IMG/VR virus record: IMGVR_UViG_3300022934_000025
Coordinates: 1-55,753 of that record
Source: a virus
Taxonomy: Duplodnaviria; Caudoviricetes
DNA length: 55,753 bases
Direction: 5' to 3' (one strand)
Of the stretch, positions 1 through 9,060 are shown in pieces; position 1 is the first letter of the stretch; every line of letters starts with the position of its first letter. The notes beneath the pieces are model-generated. The model was not told where the DNA came from and ran no database searches. It worked only from the letters and a program-made list of their open reading frames with translations. Both the position numbers and the translations under genes were made by a program.

Positions 1-185
1 CCGAACTCCCGCGCCGCTTCCACTAGACCTTTTTCCGACTTAACTTTTCCCAAGTGGTCGTAAGCTAGAGAGTTCAGGCTGTAGCTAAATCTGTTTTCAT
101 CAAGCAGTGATGCGATGACCATGGTGTCTATGATGCGGCCTTTGACATCGAAGCCCATGGCTTTGATCCAACCCAAGTCATACTG
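1..185. repeat. Terminal overlap repeat (copy 1) of 55569-55753; indicates a circular assembly
   Basis: 182/185 identical to 55569-55753; differences at 33, 69 and 171. Confidence 0.97.
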
Positions 186-494
186 CGCGTTGTGCATGAT
201 CTTGTCGGCAGGACACTCAAACACTTTCTTTAGCCAGCGGTTGACGATCTTCTCATCAAGGTTGCCGCCGCCGAAGTGTCGGATCGGTATGTAGCCGGAC
301 CACTCATCTACTGCGATTGCGTAGCCCACCACTTCGCCGTCACCTGTTGGCCATCCGGGGCCGTTGCTCTTCAGGTTGGGGTCCTTGGTTTCTACGTCGA
401 TTGCTATCTTTTTGGCTGACGTTATGTCAGGCAATTCGATAGGTGGTATCCATTCACTTTTTGGGGCGAACATGCTCATTTGAAGCTTTGCCAT
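1..494 (-). CDS. polA: DNA polymerase family A, 5' part (3'-5' exonuclease domain); continues across the contig join into 55568-54167 (about 631 aa total)
   Basis: Hand translation from ATG 494: MAKLQMSMFAPKSEWIPPIELPDITSAKKIAIDVETKDP (ExoI DxE)...MHNAQYDLGW (ExoII); GGAGAAGG RBS; in frame with ORF 54167-55744. Confidence 0.93.
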   Translation of the reverse strand, partial: MAKLQMSMFAPKSEWIPPIELPDITSAKKIAIDVETKDPNLKSNGPGWPTGDGEVVGYAIAVDEWSGYIPIRHFGGGNLDEKIVNRWLKKVFECPADKIMHNAQYDLGWIKAMGFDVKGRIIDTMVIASLLDENRFSYSLNSLAYDHLGKVKSEKGLVEAAREF

Positions 495-747
495 TACCTT
501 CTCCACCCAATGCACCATACCCGCAGATGTCGAGCCACGAGTCCTCGTGCGTTGGGCTTACTATTAATCGTGAGAGCTTAACAGCGATCATGCACTGATA
601 AACTTGTTCAGGGGTTACGTCAGTATCAAGAATGACCTTCCATAAATTAGCGATGCGCTGGTGGTTCTCGTAGGCATCGCCGTATTCTTCGGCCCGCTTT
701 CCGTTGATAGTCTGCTCGGCCTTCTTGAGGATTTGTTCCCGCTTCAT
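454..747 (-). CDS. DUF6378-like phage protein, common in replication modules
   Basis: R-x-x-x-YGD...HEDSWLDICGYGAL signature. Confidence 0.75.
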   Translation of the reverse strand: MKREQILKKAEQTINGKRAEEYGDAYENHQRIANLWKVILDTDVTPEQVYQCMIAVKLSRLIVSPTHEDSWLDICGYGALGGEGNGKASNEHVRPKK

Positions 748-954
748 TCAATGTACCGTTTGGTTAAGGGGGCCATAGACACACCACTCTTGGAGTTCCA
801 TGTCCCACGTTAAGGTAAGGCCCGGTAAATCCTCGTCTTTAATGAGAGGATTGTTCCAGTCTTTTTCTGAGATTTCGTTTTCAAACAACGCACCATGTTT
901 CTCTTCTGCTTCGTGCATCATCTCCATATATTTCTTAAAGGTTATTCTGGTCAT
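748..954 (-). CDS. Hypothetical protein
   Basis: 68 aa, ATGA-coupled to the helicase and abutting the next gene. Confidence 0.65.
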   Translation of the reverse strand: MTRITFKKYMEMMHEAEEKHGALFENEISEKDWNNPLIKDEDLPGLTLTWDMELQEWCVYGPLNQTVH

Positions 955-2468
955 AGGTCGTAACTCCTTGATACGTCTTCCGCGTCTACTATGTACAAGT
1001 TCTTTCTAGCACGAGTTACCCCCACATAGAAAACACGATGTGTGTCATCCGGACTCTGTTGAAACTGTACGTCCGCCGCCGGACTTAAATCAGTAAAGAG
1101 TACAACGTTATCTGCTTCACCGCCCTTTGATCCGTGGATCGTGGACGCCGTAATCCGGGGAATCCCATTAAACTTCTCTCCTCTTCGAAGGAGAGCCGTG
1201 ATATAGGCACGGTCGGTGGAGGGTAATTTGTCCATGGCTTCGGACCAGATCATTTCCTTGGTCGCCAGCAAGCCGTGATGCTCCGCTAAATCATCAAACG
1301 TTACGAGGTCGTTATCATCAATTCCCGGCAGCTTTTTAAAGCCACGGGTTAAGCGTTCACCAATGGACATGTAGCTATATATTATACGCGCTACTTTGCC
1401 CGATACTTCTTTTCCCTTGCGCATTTGTTCCCAACCGTTGACCGCTTCGCTGATCTTTTCAGAGATGGACCGTCGTCCGCGGTAGTTGAACAGGTAGCCG
1501 TTTGACTTTAGGTCGTTGGCTACGGGTGTCAGTTGGTATCCAGCCTGCGACAAAATCAACCAATCCCCTTGTGCCATGTCGAGGGAGTTGATAGTTGTGA
1601 TTCGCGTCACGTTGCCGGGTTCCTCACGAGGCAGGTATTTCTTCGGAAATCGTCTGGCAATGCGACGCACGACATTCTCAGCTACTTCATGGACTCTACG
1701 TGGTATGCGGTAAGACTTGGATAGCGTTTCGCTACCGCCCGGTAAGTTGATGAAGTGGTCTACGTCGGCACCGGCCCAGCGGTAAATGGCTTGGTCATCA
1801 TCACCCGCGCAGTACATTTTCTTGGACCGACGGTCGAGCAGGTGGGCGATGTCCCACTGGAGCGGGGACAGGTCTTGTGCCTCATCTAAAAAGCAAAGCT
1901 CAAACTCAGGGCAGTAACGTGCGTCACCGTTGGCAAAGTGTTCGAGCATGTCGGTGAAGTCAAAAAGCCCCATGGCTTCTTTGTATTCTTTCAAACTGTT
2001 GGCGACAAAGTTAACTGTATTCCAGTCTTGTTCGATGTCGCTGATATTGTATTGGTCCCGCAGTGGGACCTTGCGCAGTCTCGCCAAGTTAATCAGGCCA
2101 AGGACCGGATCGCTACTTGCCACCATGCTAGGCACGTCATCATCTATCGACGTATTCTTTTGTCCGCCTAGTTCGACACCAATCGTGCGACTAAGCTCAC
2201 GATAGTTTTCTTCCTGCATTACCTGCTCTGGTCGGATGTCCGACATGGTGAGCGCCAGACTGTGTAGCGTCCGGAAGAACAACAGGTCTTCTTTGGGGTC
2301 CAAGTTAAACCGTGCGGCTGCACGTTCTTTTGCCTCATTTGCCGCTTTTCGAGTGAACGCCAAGAAGGCTATGCGAGTTGGTTCGACACCTTCTTCTAAA
2401 GCTTTGTCCACCATGTTGAGGAGCGTGGTTGTTTTACCAGTTCCGGGTGGACCGAAAATCCTAAACAT
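951..2468 (-). CDS. UvrD/Rep SF1 DNA helicase
   Basis: GPPGTGKTT, LDEAQD, GDDDQAIYRW, TIHGSKGGEAD, FYVGVTRA; start moved to MFRIFG. Confidence 0.95.
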   Translation of the reverse strand: MFRIFGPPGTGKTTTLLNMVDKALEEGVEPTRIAFLAFTRKAANEAKERAAARFNLDPKEDLLFFRTLHSLALTMSDIRPEQVMQEENYRELSRTIGVELGGQKNTSIDDDVPSMVASSDPVLGLINLARLRKVPLRDQYNISDIEQDWNTVNFVANSLKEYKEAMGLFDFTDMLEHFANGDARYCPEFELCFLDEAQDLSPLQWDIAHLLDRRSKKMYCAGDDDQAIYRWAGADVDHFINLPGGSETLSKSYRIPRRVHEVAENVVRRIARRFPKKYLPREEPGNVTRITTINSLDMAQGDWLILSQAGYQLTPVANDLKSNGYLFNYRGRRSISEKISEAVNGWEQMRKGKEVSGKVARIIYSYMSIGERLTRGFKKLPGIDDNDLVTFDDLAEHHGLLATKEMIWSEAMDKLPSTDRAYITALLRRGEKFNGIPRITASTIHGSKGGEADNVVLFTDLSPAADVQFQQSPDDTHRVFYVGVTRARKNLYIVDAEDVSRSYDL

Positions 2469-2604
2469 TCTTTGTCTTTTCCCTGTAATAGATTTGCTGC
2501 ACACGTTGCTTGGTGATGCCAAACAACTTCGCCACCGCCGTCATTGTCATTCGTTCTTTGTCGATTAACCGAACGATTTCTGTGTCACGGTCCTTCTTCG
2601 ACAT
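2461..2604 (-). CDS. Small helix-turn-helix protein (47 aa, not in ORF track)
   Basis: MSKKDRDTEIVRLIDKERMTMTAVAKLFGITKQRVQQIYYREKTKNV; sigma-region-4-like HTH pattern; fills the primase-helicase gap. Confidence 0.75.
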   Translation of the reverse strand: MSKKDRDTEIVRLIDKERMTMTAVAKLFGITKQRVQQIYYREKTKNV

Positions 2605-2609
2605 ACTGC

Positions 2610-4148
2610 TCAAAATGGTGCCTCCTCTTGGTTTCCGAACGACGGGGTTTTTAGTTCAACATCTGCGCTTTCGAACGCAGGGATTTTCCAAACTCGTACA
2701 GCGCGGCCTTTGATCTTCAAGACCATACTGTCGCCATTAATATCACGCAGACGCTGCGCGATCTTGTGAGACTTATATTCGAAAAACTTATTCTTTTTGA
2801 GATAGCTTTCAAAGTCTTTGAGACGGAAGTAAGTGACCTCCTCCTCTTCATCAGTCCATGGGCGACGGAGCAGGATTTCTTCTTTGTCCTGCGCTTGCTG
2901 TAGGTGACTGCAAAATTCTTCAAGGTAATCGTAAAACTGTCCGCTGATGCTGGCGTCCTGCGCCACTTCAATAATGGCGCTTTCGTTGTCACGCATCTCA
3001 GTCATCAGGGTGCTAATGCGGCTTTCCCATTGTGCCTTCTGCACGGACCGCGGCATGAAGTTAAGTTGCTCCATGCAGGATTTCTGGAACATGGGCTGGC
3101 TCATCAAAGCGTCCGTGTCTAGCTCCAGAGGTTCGCCGTTAACGTCCATAAACCATACAGGTGGGGTGGAGTTATACTTGCGTAGGTTCGCTATCGTAGC
3201 GCCCGCTACAGCGGCTCCTATGCCAAATTTACGGGTACGACACAGTTCTTTGTTGCAGTGTGCGCTAATCGGCGCGTCAGAGCATTTGTATGCGTAGTCT
3301 TTGCGGTCTAGTTGCTTGGCAACTATGTTGACCTCCGGTAATGGCAATGGCGGAGATAGGAACTCCATGTTGTATCGTAGTATTTCTGACTCCCAACTAT
3401 CCGGGTACGCTTTTCGTAAGTACACCCCAATGTTGAATAGACCATTATTTCTGCCCCCTTCGCTGATGCGTTGCTTACAAAGTATCTGTAAACAGGGCGG
3501 TCCGTCCTTCATTAAGTCCGTTTCACCGCTGTCTACTATCTGTAGCTTAACAACCTCTTCTGGGGTTTGAGCGTATTTTTCGTATAGCTCTATGAACTCA
3601 TTTAGATCAGCGGATGTACCATCATCCAAGAATGCGTAACGCAAGCCGTTTTCGTGATCGTAGTATGGAAGGTTGAGAAAGTTTCCAACGTCACCCCGGT
3701 CGAGATGCAGCTTTACCTGCTTTGGGAATATCTCACTCTCGCCATAACCAAGCGCCGCGGACATGTGTTGCAGAGCCTTCTGCATGTCTTTCGCTTCAAC
3801 CCATTCTTTTGAGAACAGAAAGCAGTGCGCACCGCCAGACTTACTGCGGCACACTACTAAAGGTAACTTTAACTTTCTAATCTTTTGTACAAGTAGCTTG
3901 TGGTCGAGCGGATACTGGTCCACGTCGATGCAACCCCACTTGCACATGTTGTCTTCATTGATCGGGATGATACCCAATCCGTTGCCCTTGCCGGACAGAT
4001 GGTTTTCCCAAAGCTTCTTAGTCCGGGGTTCGCGTGTGACCCCCGCCTTGCCTTGCGCTTTACCGTTAGCTGCGGTCTTTTCAATCTTGAAGTAACCGTG
4101 TGCTTCTTTCAGGCCATCGAAGATAGCCATAAATTTCTCTAATGACAT
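2610..4148 (-). CDS. AEP-family DNA primase with PriCT-like domain
   Basis: WGCIDVD (motif I), SKSGGAH (II), FLNLPY (III), PPCL...GGRNNGLFNIGVYL; start at MSLEKF. Confidence 0.88.
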   Translation of the reverse strand: MSLEKFMAIFDGLKEAHGYFKIEKTAANGKAQGKAGVTREPRTKKLWENHLSGKGNGLGIIPINEDNMCKWGCIDVDQYPLDHKLLVQKIRKLKLPLVVCRSKSGGAHCFLFSKEWVEAKDMQKALQHMSAALGYGESEIFPKQVKLHLDRGDVGNFLNLPYYDHENGLRYAFLDDGTSADLNEFIELYEKYAQTPEEVVKLQIVDSGETDLMKDGPPCLQILCKQRISEGGRNNGLFNIGVYLRKAYPDSWESEILRYNMEFLSPPLPLPEVNIVAKQLDRKDYAYKCSDAPISAHCNKELCRTRKFGIGAAVAGATIANLRKYNSTPPVWFMDVNGEPLELDTDALMSQPMFQKSCMEQLNFMPRSVQKAQWESRISTLMTEMRDNESAIIEVAQDASISGQFYDYLEEFCSHLQQAQDKEEILLRRPWTDEEEEVTYFRLKDFESYLKKNKFFEYKSHKIAQRLRDINGDSMVLKIKGRAVRVWKIPAFESADVELKTPSFGNQEEAPF

Positions 4149-4164
4149 CTGTGCCCCCATACGG

Positions 4165-4193
4165 AAAAAACGACGGGGCACAAGGCCCCGTCG
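4165..4193 (-). terminator. Rho-independent terminator after SSB
   Basis: 9-bp stem CGACGGGGC/GCCCCGTCG followed by T6 on the minus strand. Confidence 0.85.
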
Positions 4194-4202
4194 CGTGACT
4201 AA

Positions 4203-4982
4203 TTAAAACGGTGTTGATTGGTCGCCGTTTTCGTCGTCCGTATGTTTCACCACAACATCGCCTGCGGTGATGCTCTCTGCAAAGTTCTTCGCTCTCATAT
4301 ACAGATCGCCATCTTCGATAATGCCTTCGCAGGACATCTCCCACCCATGCCAAGAACCTTTTGAGTTCTCTTCGGCAATGGTTTTCAGGTGATAGATGTG
4401 GCTAAAACGGGGCGGGGTAAACGGCCCGTTCTTACCCTGTATCGAACGAGACGCCATCATACTGTTCCACTTACGGCTCTTTTTAAGCTGCGTGGATTTC
4501 ATTGCGATGAGGGCGGTCTCGGCTGACCCATCATCGTTGAGAAGGAGTACGAAGTGCTGGTGGGTTTCTTCGATGTAGTCACCCTCCCCACCGACAACAT
4601 ATTCTTTGTTGTCGTCGGGGCTACGCTCCGTCTTTGGCCGCTCTTCTCCCGGCTCGTAAATTGCCATGGGCGCACCGCTTCCGCTGCCACGCGGAGCCCA
4701 CTGGATAAACCTACGCTGGTAAGCACAAGGAATCACGCGGACACCTTCCTTACCTTTGTACGCCAACCCAGTAACGGTGTTGTAAATATCGCCCTTACGA
4801 GCATCGACAGTATCGTCGTCCAATACAGGATCGTTACCAGACAAGACTTTTAGAAACGGAAGAGCTAAGTCTTCAGTTCCCATATTCTCCATGCCTGCTC
4901 CGGCATCCTGCTCCATTAAGGCAGCATCAAATACTGCCACTTCGTTTTTGCCAGCTTTGGCAACAGCTTTTTTATCGCTCAT
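4203..4982 (-). CDS. Single-stranded DNA-binding protein (phage type)
   Basis: DLALPFLKVL, MKSTQLKKSRKWNS, acidic tail ending in PF; position in replication module. Confidence 0.75.
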   Translation of the reverse strand: MSDKKAVAKAGKNEVAVFDAALMEQDAGAGMENMGTEDLALPFLKVLSGNDPVLDDDTVDARKGDIYNTVTGLAYKGKEGVRVIPCAYQRRFIQWAPRGSGSGAPMAIYEPGEERPKTERSPDDNKEYVVGGEGDYIEETHQHFVLLLNDDGSAETALIAMKSTQLKKSRKWNSMMASRSIQGKNGPFTPPRFSHIYHLKTIAEENSKGSWHGWEMSCEGIIEDGDLYMRAKNFAESITAGDVVVKHTDDENGDQSTPF

Positions 4983-5563
4983 TTTTTACCTCTCTTGATA
5001 ACTGCGCGTTGACCTACCCATGCCCCAAACAATTCCATAGGAAACTCATCTCCTGCTTCGCAACGTTCTTTAACGAACGCACGTAGCGTTTGAGGGTGTA
5101 CCTCTGTTTTTTGATCGGGGACATATCCTTGCTGTTGCGCGAAGGCAGCAAAGGCACTCGCTTGATCGTCCTCGCCACGGCCAAACTGACAGGCGACAGT
5201 ATTCTTGATAATGTCGTCGTATCCGTTATCGCGCAGCCACTCGAAAGCCTCTGGACGTTTCTCAACGAGAATGGATGCACCATAGGTTTGTTTAACCTCG
5301 ACGGTTGATCCGTCATCAAGTGCGAAGTGGGACATGCCTATCTCTGCAAGCATCGCAGGCATTTCCTCATCCGTTAATTTAAGAAGCTCTTTCTTCTCAT
5401 CTTTAAGACGTTGCTCAAGATCAGAAATGGTCGCCTCCTTATCACGGATTGTTCTGGCCAACGCAGCTACCGAAGTAAGTCCTTGCTGGTCAATTTTCTC
5501 AACGGATGAAGCTTGATTTTCTTCAAAATCCTGCTCCATCAGTTTTGCTAGGTCATCACTCAT
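4979..5563 (-). CDS. Conserved replication-module protein (gp33-like coiled-coil protein)
   Basis: AFEWLRDNGYDDIIKN and VHPQTLRAFVKE motifs; AGGAG RBS before MSDDL. Confidence 0.75.
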   Translation of the reverse strand: MSDDLAKLMEQDFEENQASSVEKIDQQGLTSVAALARTIRDKEATISDLEQRLKDEKKELLKLTDEEMPAMLAEIGMSHFALDDGSTVEVKQTYGASILVEKRPEAFEWLRDNGYDDIIKNTVACQFGRGEDDQASAFAAFAQQQGYVPDQKTEVHPQTLRAFVKERCEAGDEFPMELFGAWVGQRAVIKRGKK

Positions 5564-5609
5564 CGTATTTCTCCTTTCGTGTGACGTGGTTAAAGGCACC
5601 TTTCGGGCC

Positions 5610-5650
5610 TTGACAATTTAAGATAATATCTTATACACTGAGTATGTCAA
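5610..5650. promoter_or_regulatory. Overlapping divergent sigma70-type promoters
   Basis: + strand TTGACA(5610-15)-18-TACACT; - strand TTGACA(5650-45)-16-TATTAT; lies between divergent genes. Confidence 0.7.
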
Positions 5651-5674
5651 GCGTTTTTAAAAAATAGGTTCAAA

Positions 5675-7123
5675 ATGATCGGCTACGAATACGAGACCCA
5701 ACCCTACGACCACCAACGTAAAGCGTTCGAAGACTCGTGGGCCGCGGAGTTTTATGCGCTTCTTATGGAGATGGGCACAGGCAAATCAAAGGTTGCCATT
5801 GATACCATGGGGGCATTGTTCGAGGCAGGAAAAATCAAAGCTGCGCTGATCGTTGCGCCGAAAGGGGTCTACGACAACTGGGTCAAAGGCGAAGTGCCGC
5901 TTCACCTCCCGAAGCGGATCGACCGTAGCATTATGCGATGGACGCCAGCAAAAACCCAGCGTTATGAAAATGACCTGAAAGATTTTATCGTGGACCGTGA
6001 TCCGAAGTTGAAGGTCTTCGTAATGAACATCGAAGCGTTCTCCTCTCAACGTGGCACCGAAGCTGCTACGGCATTCCTATACCAGAATCCCGACAACATT
6101 GTGATTGTCGATGAATCAACTACAATAAAGAATAGAAAGGCTGCGAGGACGAAGAACATTATCGCGTTGCAGGCACGGGCTAAATACCGCCGGATATTGA
6201 CCGGCTCCCCTATAACCAAGAGCCCTATGGACCTGTTCAGCCAATGTAACTTCCTTGCCGAAAAGGCGCTCGGCTTCAATAGCTACTACGCATTTCAAGC
6301 GCGTTACGCCAATGTTCAGAAACGGACCATGGGTCATCGCAGTTTTCAACAGATCGTGGGCTATCGACGGTTAGACGAACTATCTGAAAAGTTAGATCGG
6401 TTTAGTAGTCGAGTTCTAAAAGTCGATTGCCTTGATCTTCCGGTCAAAGTCTACACTCGTAGAGAAGTCCACCTTACACCAGAGCAAACCCGCCTGTATG
6501 TGCAGATGAAAAAGCTGGCGCTTGCCAAGCTTGAAAGCGGGGAACTAGCAACCACGGCTAGTGTGCTGACACAGATTATGCGGTTACAACAGATTTGCTG
6601 CGGACATTTGCAGCCAGACGACGGCGAGATACAGACCATTAAAAGCAACCGTTTGAACGAATTACTCGACGTGACTGAAGAGCTTCAGGGAAAAGCCATC
6701 ATTTGGGCGACGTATACACACGACATCCAACAGATAGCTTCTGCCCTGCGCGACCGTTTCGGGCCCGATTCGGTCGCAACCTATTACGGAGCAACACCAC
6801 AAGATGAGCGCCAAGAGATCGTTGAGAGGTTTCAAAACCCCTCTGATCCATTGCGCTTTTTTGTGGGGCAGCCCAAGACTGGTGGTTATGGCATTACGCT
6901 AACCGCTGCCAATACCGTAGTTTACTACAGCAACAGCTACGACCTAGAAATTAGATTGCAGTCAGAAGACCGTGCGCATCGTATTGGTCAGACCAACAAG
7001 GTAACGTACATCGACCTTGTGTCACCGGGCACGATAGATGAAAAGATACTAGAAGCGTTACGCAGTAAGATTGATATAGCCGGTAAGGTGCTTAACGAAG
7101 AAGTACAGGAATGGTTGCGCTAG
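5675..7123 (+). CDS. SNF2-family (SF2) helicase; only clear plus-strand gene
   Basis: MEMGTGKS, VDEST, LTGSP, GGYGITL, QSEDRAHRIGQ. Confidence 0.95.
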   Translation: MIGYEYETQPYDHQRKAFEDSWAAEFYALLMEMGTGKSKVAIDTMGALFEAGKIKAALIVAPKGVYDNWVKGEVPLHLPKRIDRSIMRWTPAKTQRYENDLKDFIVDRDPKLKVFVMNIEAFSSQRGTEAATAFLYQNPDNIVIVDESTTIKNRKAARTKNIIALQARAKYRRILTGSPITKSPMDLFSQCNFLAEKALGFNSYYAFQARYANVQKRTMGHRSFQQIVGYRRLDELSEKLDRFSSRVLKVDCLDLPVKVYTRREVHLTPEQTRLYVQMKKLALAKLESGELATTASVLTQIMRLQQICCGHLQPDDGEIQTIKSNRLNELLDVTEELQGKAIIWATYTHDIQQIASALRDRFGPDSVATYYGATPQDERQEIVERFQNPSDPLRFFVGQPKTGGYGITLTAANTVVYYSNSYDLEIRLQSEDRAHRIGQTNKVTYIDLVSPGTIDEKILEALRSKIDIAGKVLNEEVQEWLR

Positions 7124-7269
7124 TCTTTGTTATTCCAGAGATCGAAAAGGACTTTAATTTTTTCTTTTATAGTTTCGATGTCCGCGTGCATTTTGGCAAG
7201 CACAATCACTAGCGTTACAAACGCCAGTCCAATGGGGAACAAAACTCCAACTAGGCTTACTACATCCAT
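7120..7269 (-). CDS. Small membrane protein (49 aa, not in ORF track)
   Basis: MDVVSLVGVLFPIGLAFVTLVIVLAKMHADIETIKEKIKVLFDLWNNKD: TM helix plus coiled coil; last gene of the late operon. Confidence 0.7.
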   Translation of the reverse strand: MDVVSLVGVLFPIGLAFVTLVIVLAKMHADIETIKEKIKVLFDLWNNKD

Positions 7270-7284
7270 AATCGAACACTATCT

Positions 7285-7743
7285 TTAGCGCAAAAGTAAG
7301 AATAAATACAAGCCTGCAAAACACACAAGCAAACAACAAAAGCCAATGCCAACAAGCTGGCCTAGCTCCCGATACAGTTTACGACGTTCTGCTTTTTTCT
7401 TTTTTATTTTTGCAAGTTCTTTTTCGTGTTGTATACGGCTTTCTTCTACGCGGTTCATGATTTCGTTGTAGTCAGAAGCCAGTCCCTGCATCAGCATCAT
7501 GTCTTTCAATTGTTGGTTAAACGTTTGTAGCTGTTTTTTAGCCACCTGCATCTGCATGGAGTCTTGTAGGGATAACTTACCTACATGTTTAGATTCAGCT
7601 TCTTGAAGCTTTTCGTTCGCGGTCGCGTACTTCTGGATGATGCTTCCCAAGTCGCTCGCGTGTCCGCCTGCGGTTTTTACGGCGGATATAGCGTCATTGA
7701 TACCCTTGACTGCGGCAATGACCGCAGCGACTTCGGCTAACAT
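7285..7743 (-). CDS. Coiled-coil protein with C-terminal TM helix
   Basis: Helical, hydrophobic C-terminus; same architecture as 38427-38882. Confidence 0.75.
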   Translation of the reverse strand: MLAEVAAVIAAVKGINDAISAVKTAGGHASDLGSIIQKYATANEKLQEAESKHVGKLSLQDSMQMQVAKKQLQTFNQQLKDMMLMQGLASDYNEIMNRVEESRIQHEKELAKIKKKKAERRKLYRELGQLVGIGFCCLLVCFAGLYLFLLLR

Positions 7744-8111
7744 TATTTTGCACCGTCTTCTTCTTTTTGTCGTTGCTCATAGAGCGCCTCTAACGTACCC
7801 ACACGGATGGTTAGTTCATGCACTTTATCTTGCATTTCGCGCAGTTCGTGCAAGTCCCTTTCCAAGCCTTCAAGCAACATATCCTGACGAGCATCTGCCG
7901 GAAGCGAACCAAGCTGTCCTCTAGGCCAGAGGATTCGAAACTCACTGTTGGCTTTGATTTCAATGTCGGTCATCTCGATGTTATGTTCGAGAGCCGTGAG
8001 GCGTGATTCGATGGTAAAGTATGCCATCGTGGCTACCGCGGTCAGAGCTATCATGCCCAAGATATTCTTGAGCGGGATGGTTAAATTAGTGTCTTCTGAT
8101 ACTCTGGCCAT
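7743..8111 (-). CDS. Membrane-anchored coiled-coil protein
   Basis: N-terminal TM, GQLGSLPADARQDMLLE motif, TAATG coupling. Confidence 0.75.
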   Translation of the reverse strand: MARVSEDTNLTIPLKNILGMIALTAVATMAYFTIESRLTALEHNIEMTDIEIKANSEFRILWPRGQLGSLPADARQDMLLEGLERDLHELREMQDKVHELTIRVGTLEALYEQRQKEEDGAK

Positions 8112-8127
8112 AGCATTGAATTAATCC

Positions 8128-9060
8128 TTAAAACGCCGCAGGCAAAGATGCTATACCCCGATCCATGGGAGTCTGTGCCTGTGGTTGTGGCATATATTGT
8201 TGAGCCATGGGTCCGCCACCATACCCAAAGCTTTCTTCTGCGCCAAAATGGGCGCGTTCCGCCTGATCGACTAGATCAAGGAAGTGATCGACTTTTTGTT
8301 GTTGCGCCTGCATTTCAGGCTGCGCATAAGTCTGCATTAAATAATTTTGATAAACACGTAATGGTGACGCTTGCATCATCCCCATTTGTTGCCCGAATTT
8401 TTGTTGTAGGCTTTCAAAAGCCCCGCCAATACCGGGTGATGGCATAGGACCACGATCTACCTGAATTACTGGCGCTGGCATTGGCCCACTTAACACTGGT
8501 ATGGGCTCAGGAGCGTTCATTTTTATCTGCCCCACTGGCATAGTTGAATATACTTTTTCCGGCGGAGGTGCCACTGAGTAACTTGATTTCATTGGGTCCG
8601 CGTATGGCGATTTAATCATTCCGCCCTCCTGCATATATTGAATTACACCTCCTTCTGCTCGGCGTTGTACATCTCTACCGTTACCGCCGCCACCGCCTCC
8701 ACCGCCGCCACCGCCGCCACCACCAGAAGTGGTGCTTGAGCTAGTTGATGTCCCAGTAGGGCTACCCGCTCCAGAAAATCCAGCTAACCCGGACGTTCCT
8801 CCAGAGGTGTGACCGCTAAACCCGCCAAAGCTAAAAGCAGGATTCGTGGACGCTGTACCGCGGCCCACGTAAGAATACGGAATGGCGTCCATCGCCGCCT
8901 CTTCCGCTTTTGCTCTACTATCGGCTTTCTTTTGTACCTGTGCCGAAAACGCGTCATACGTTTCCTGCGTGTAGTTGTACTTTTCAGGATTCTGTAAACG
9001 ATCTAACTCGTCTGCCGTGTAGTAAGAGCCTCTTCCCCCGTATTCTGCAAATATACTCAT
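8128..9060 (-). CDS. Low-complexity Gly/Ser/Pro/Gln-rich putative internal virion protein
   Basis: Poly-Gly linker, AEGGVI/QEGGMI motifs, C-terminal GIASL. Confidence 0.7.
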   Translation of the reverse strand: MSIFAEYGGRGSYYTADELDRLQNPEKYNYTQETYDAFSAQVQKKADSRAKAEEAAMDAIPYSYVGRGTASTNPAFSFGGFSGHTSGGTSGLAGFSGAGSPTGTSTSSSTTSGGGGGGGGGGGGGGNGRDVQRRAEGGVIQYMQEGGMIKSPYADPMKSSYSVAPPPEKVYSTMPVGQIKMNAPEPIPVLSGPMPAPVIQVDRGPMPSPGIGGAFESLQQKFGQQMGMMQASPLRVYQNYLMQTYAQPEMQAQQQKVDHFLDLVDQAERAHFGAEESFGYGGGPMAQQYMPQPQAQTPMDRGIASLPAAF

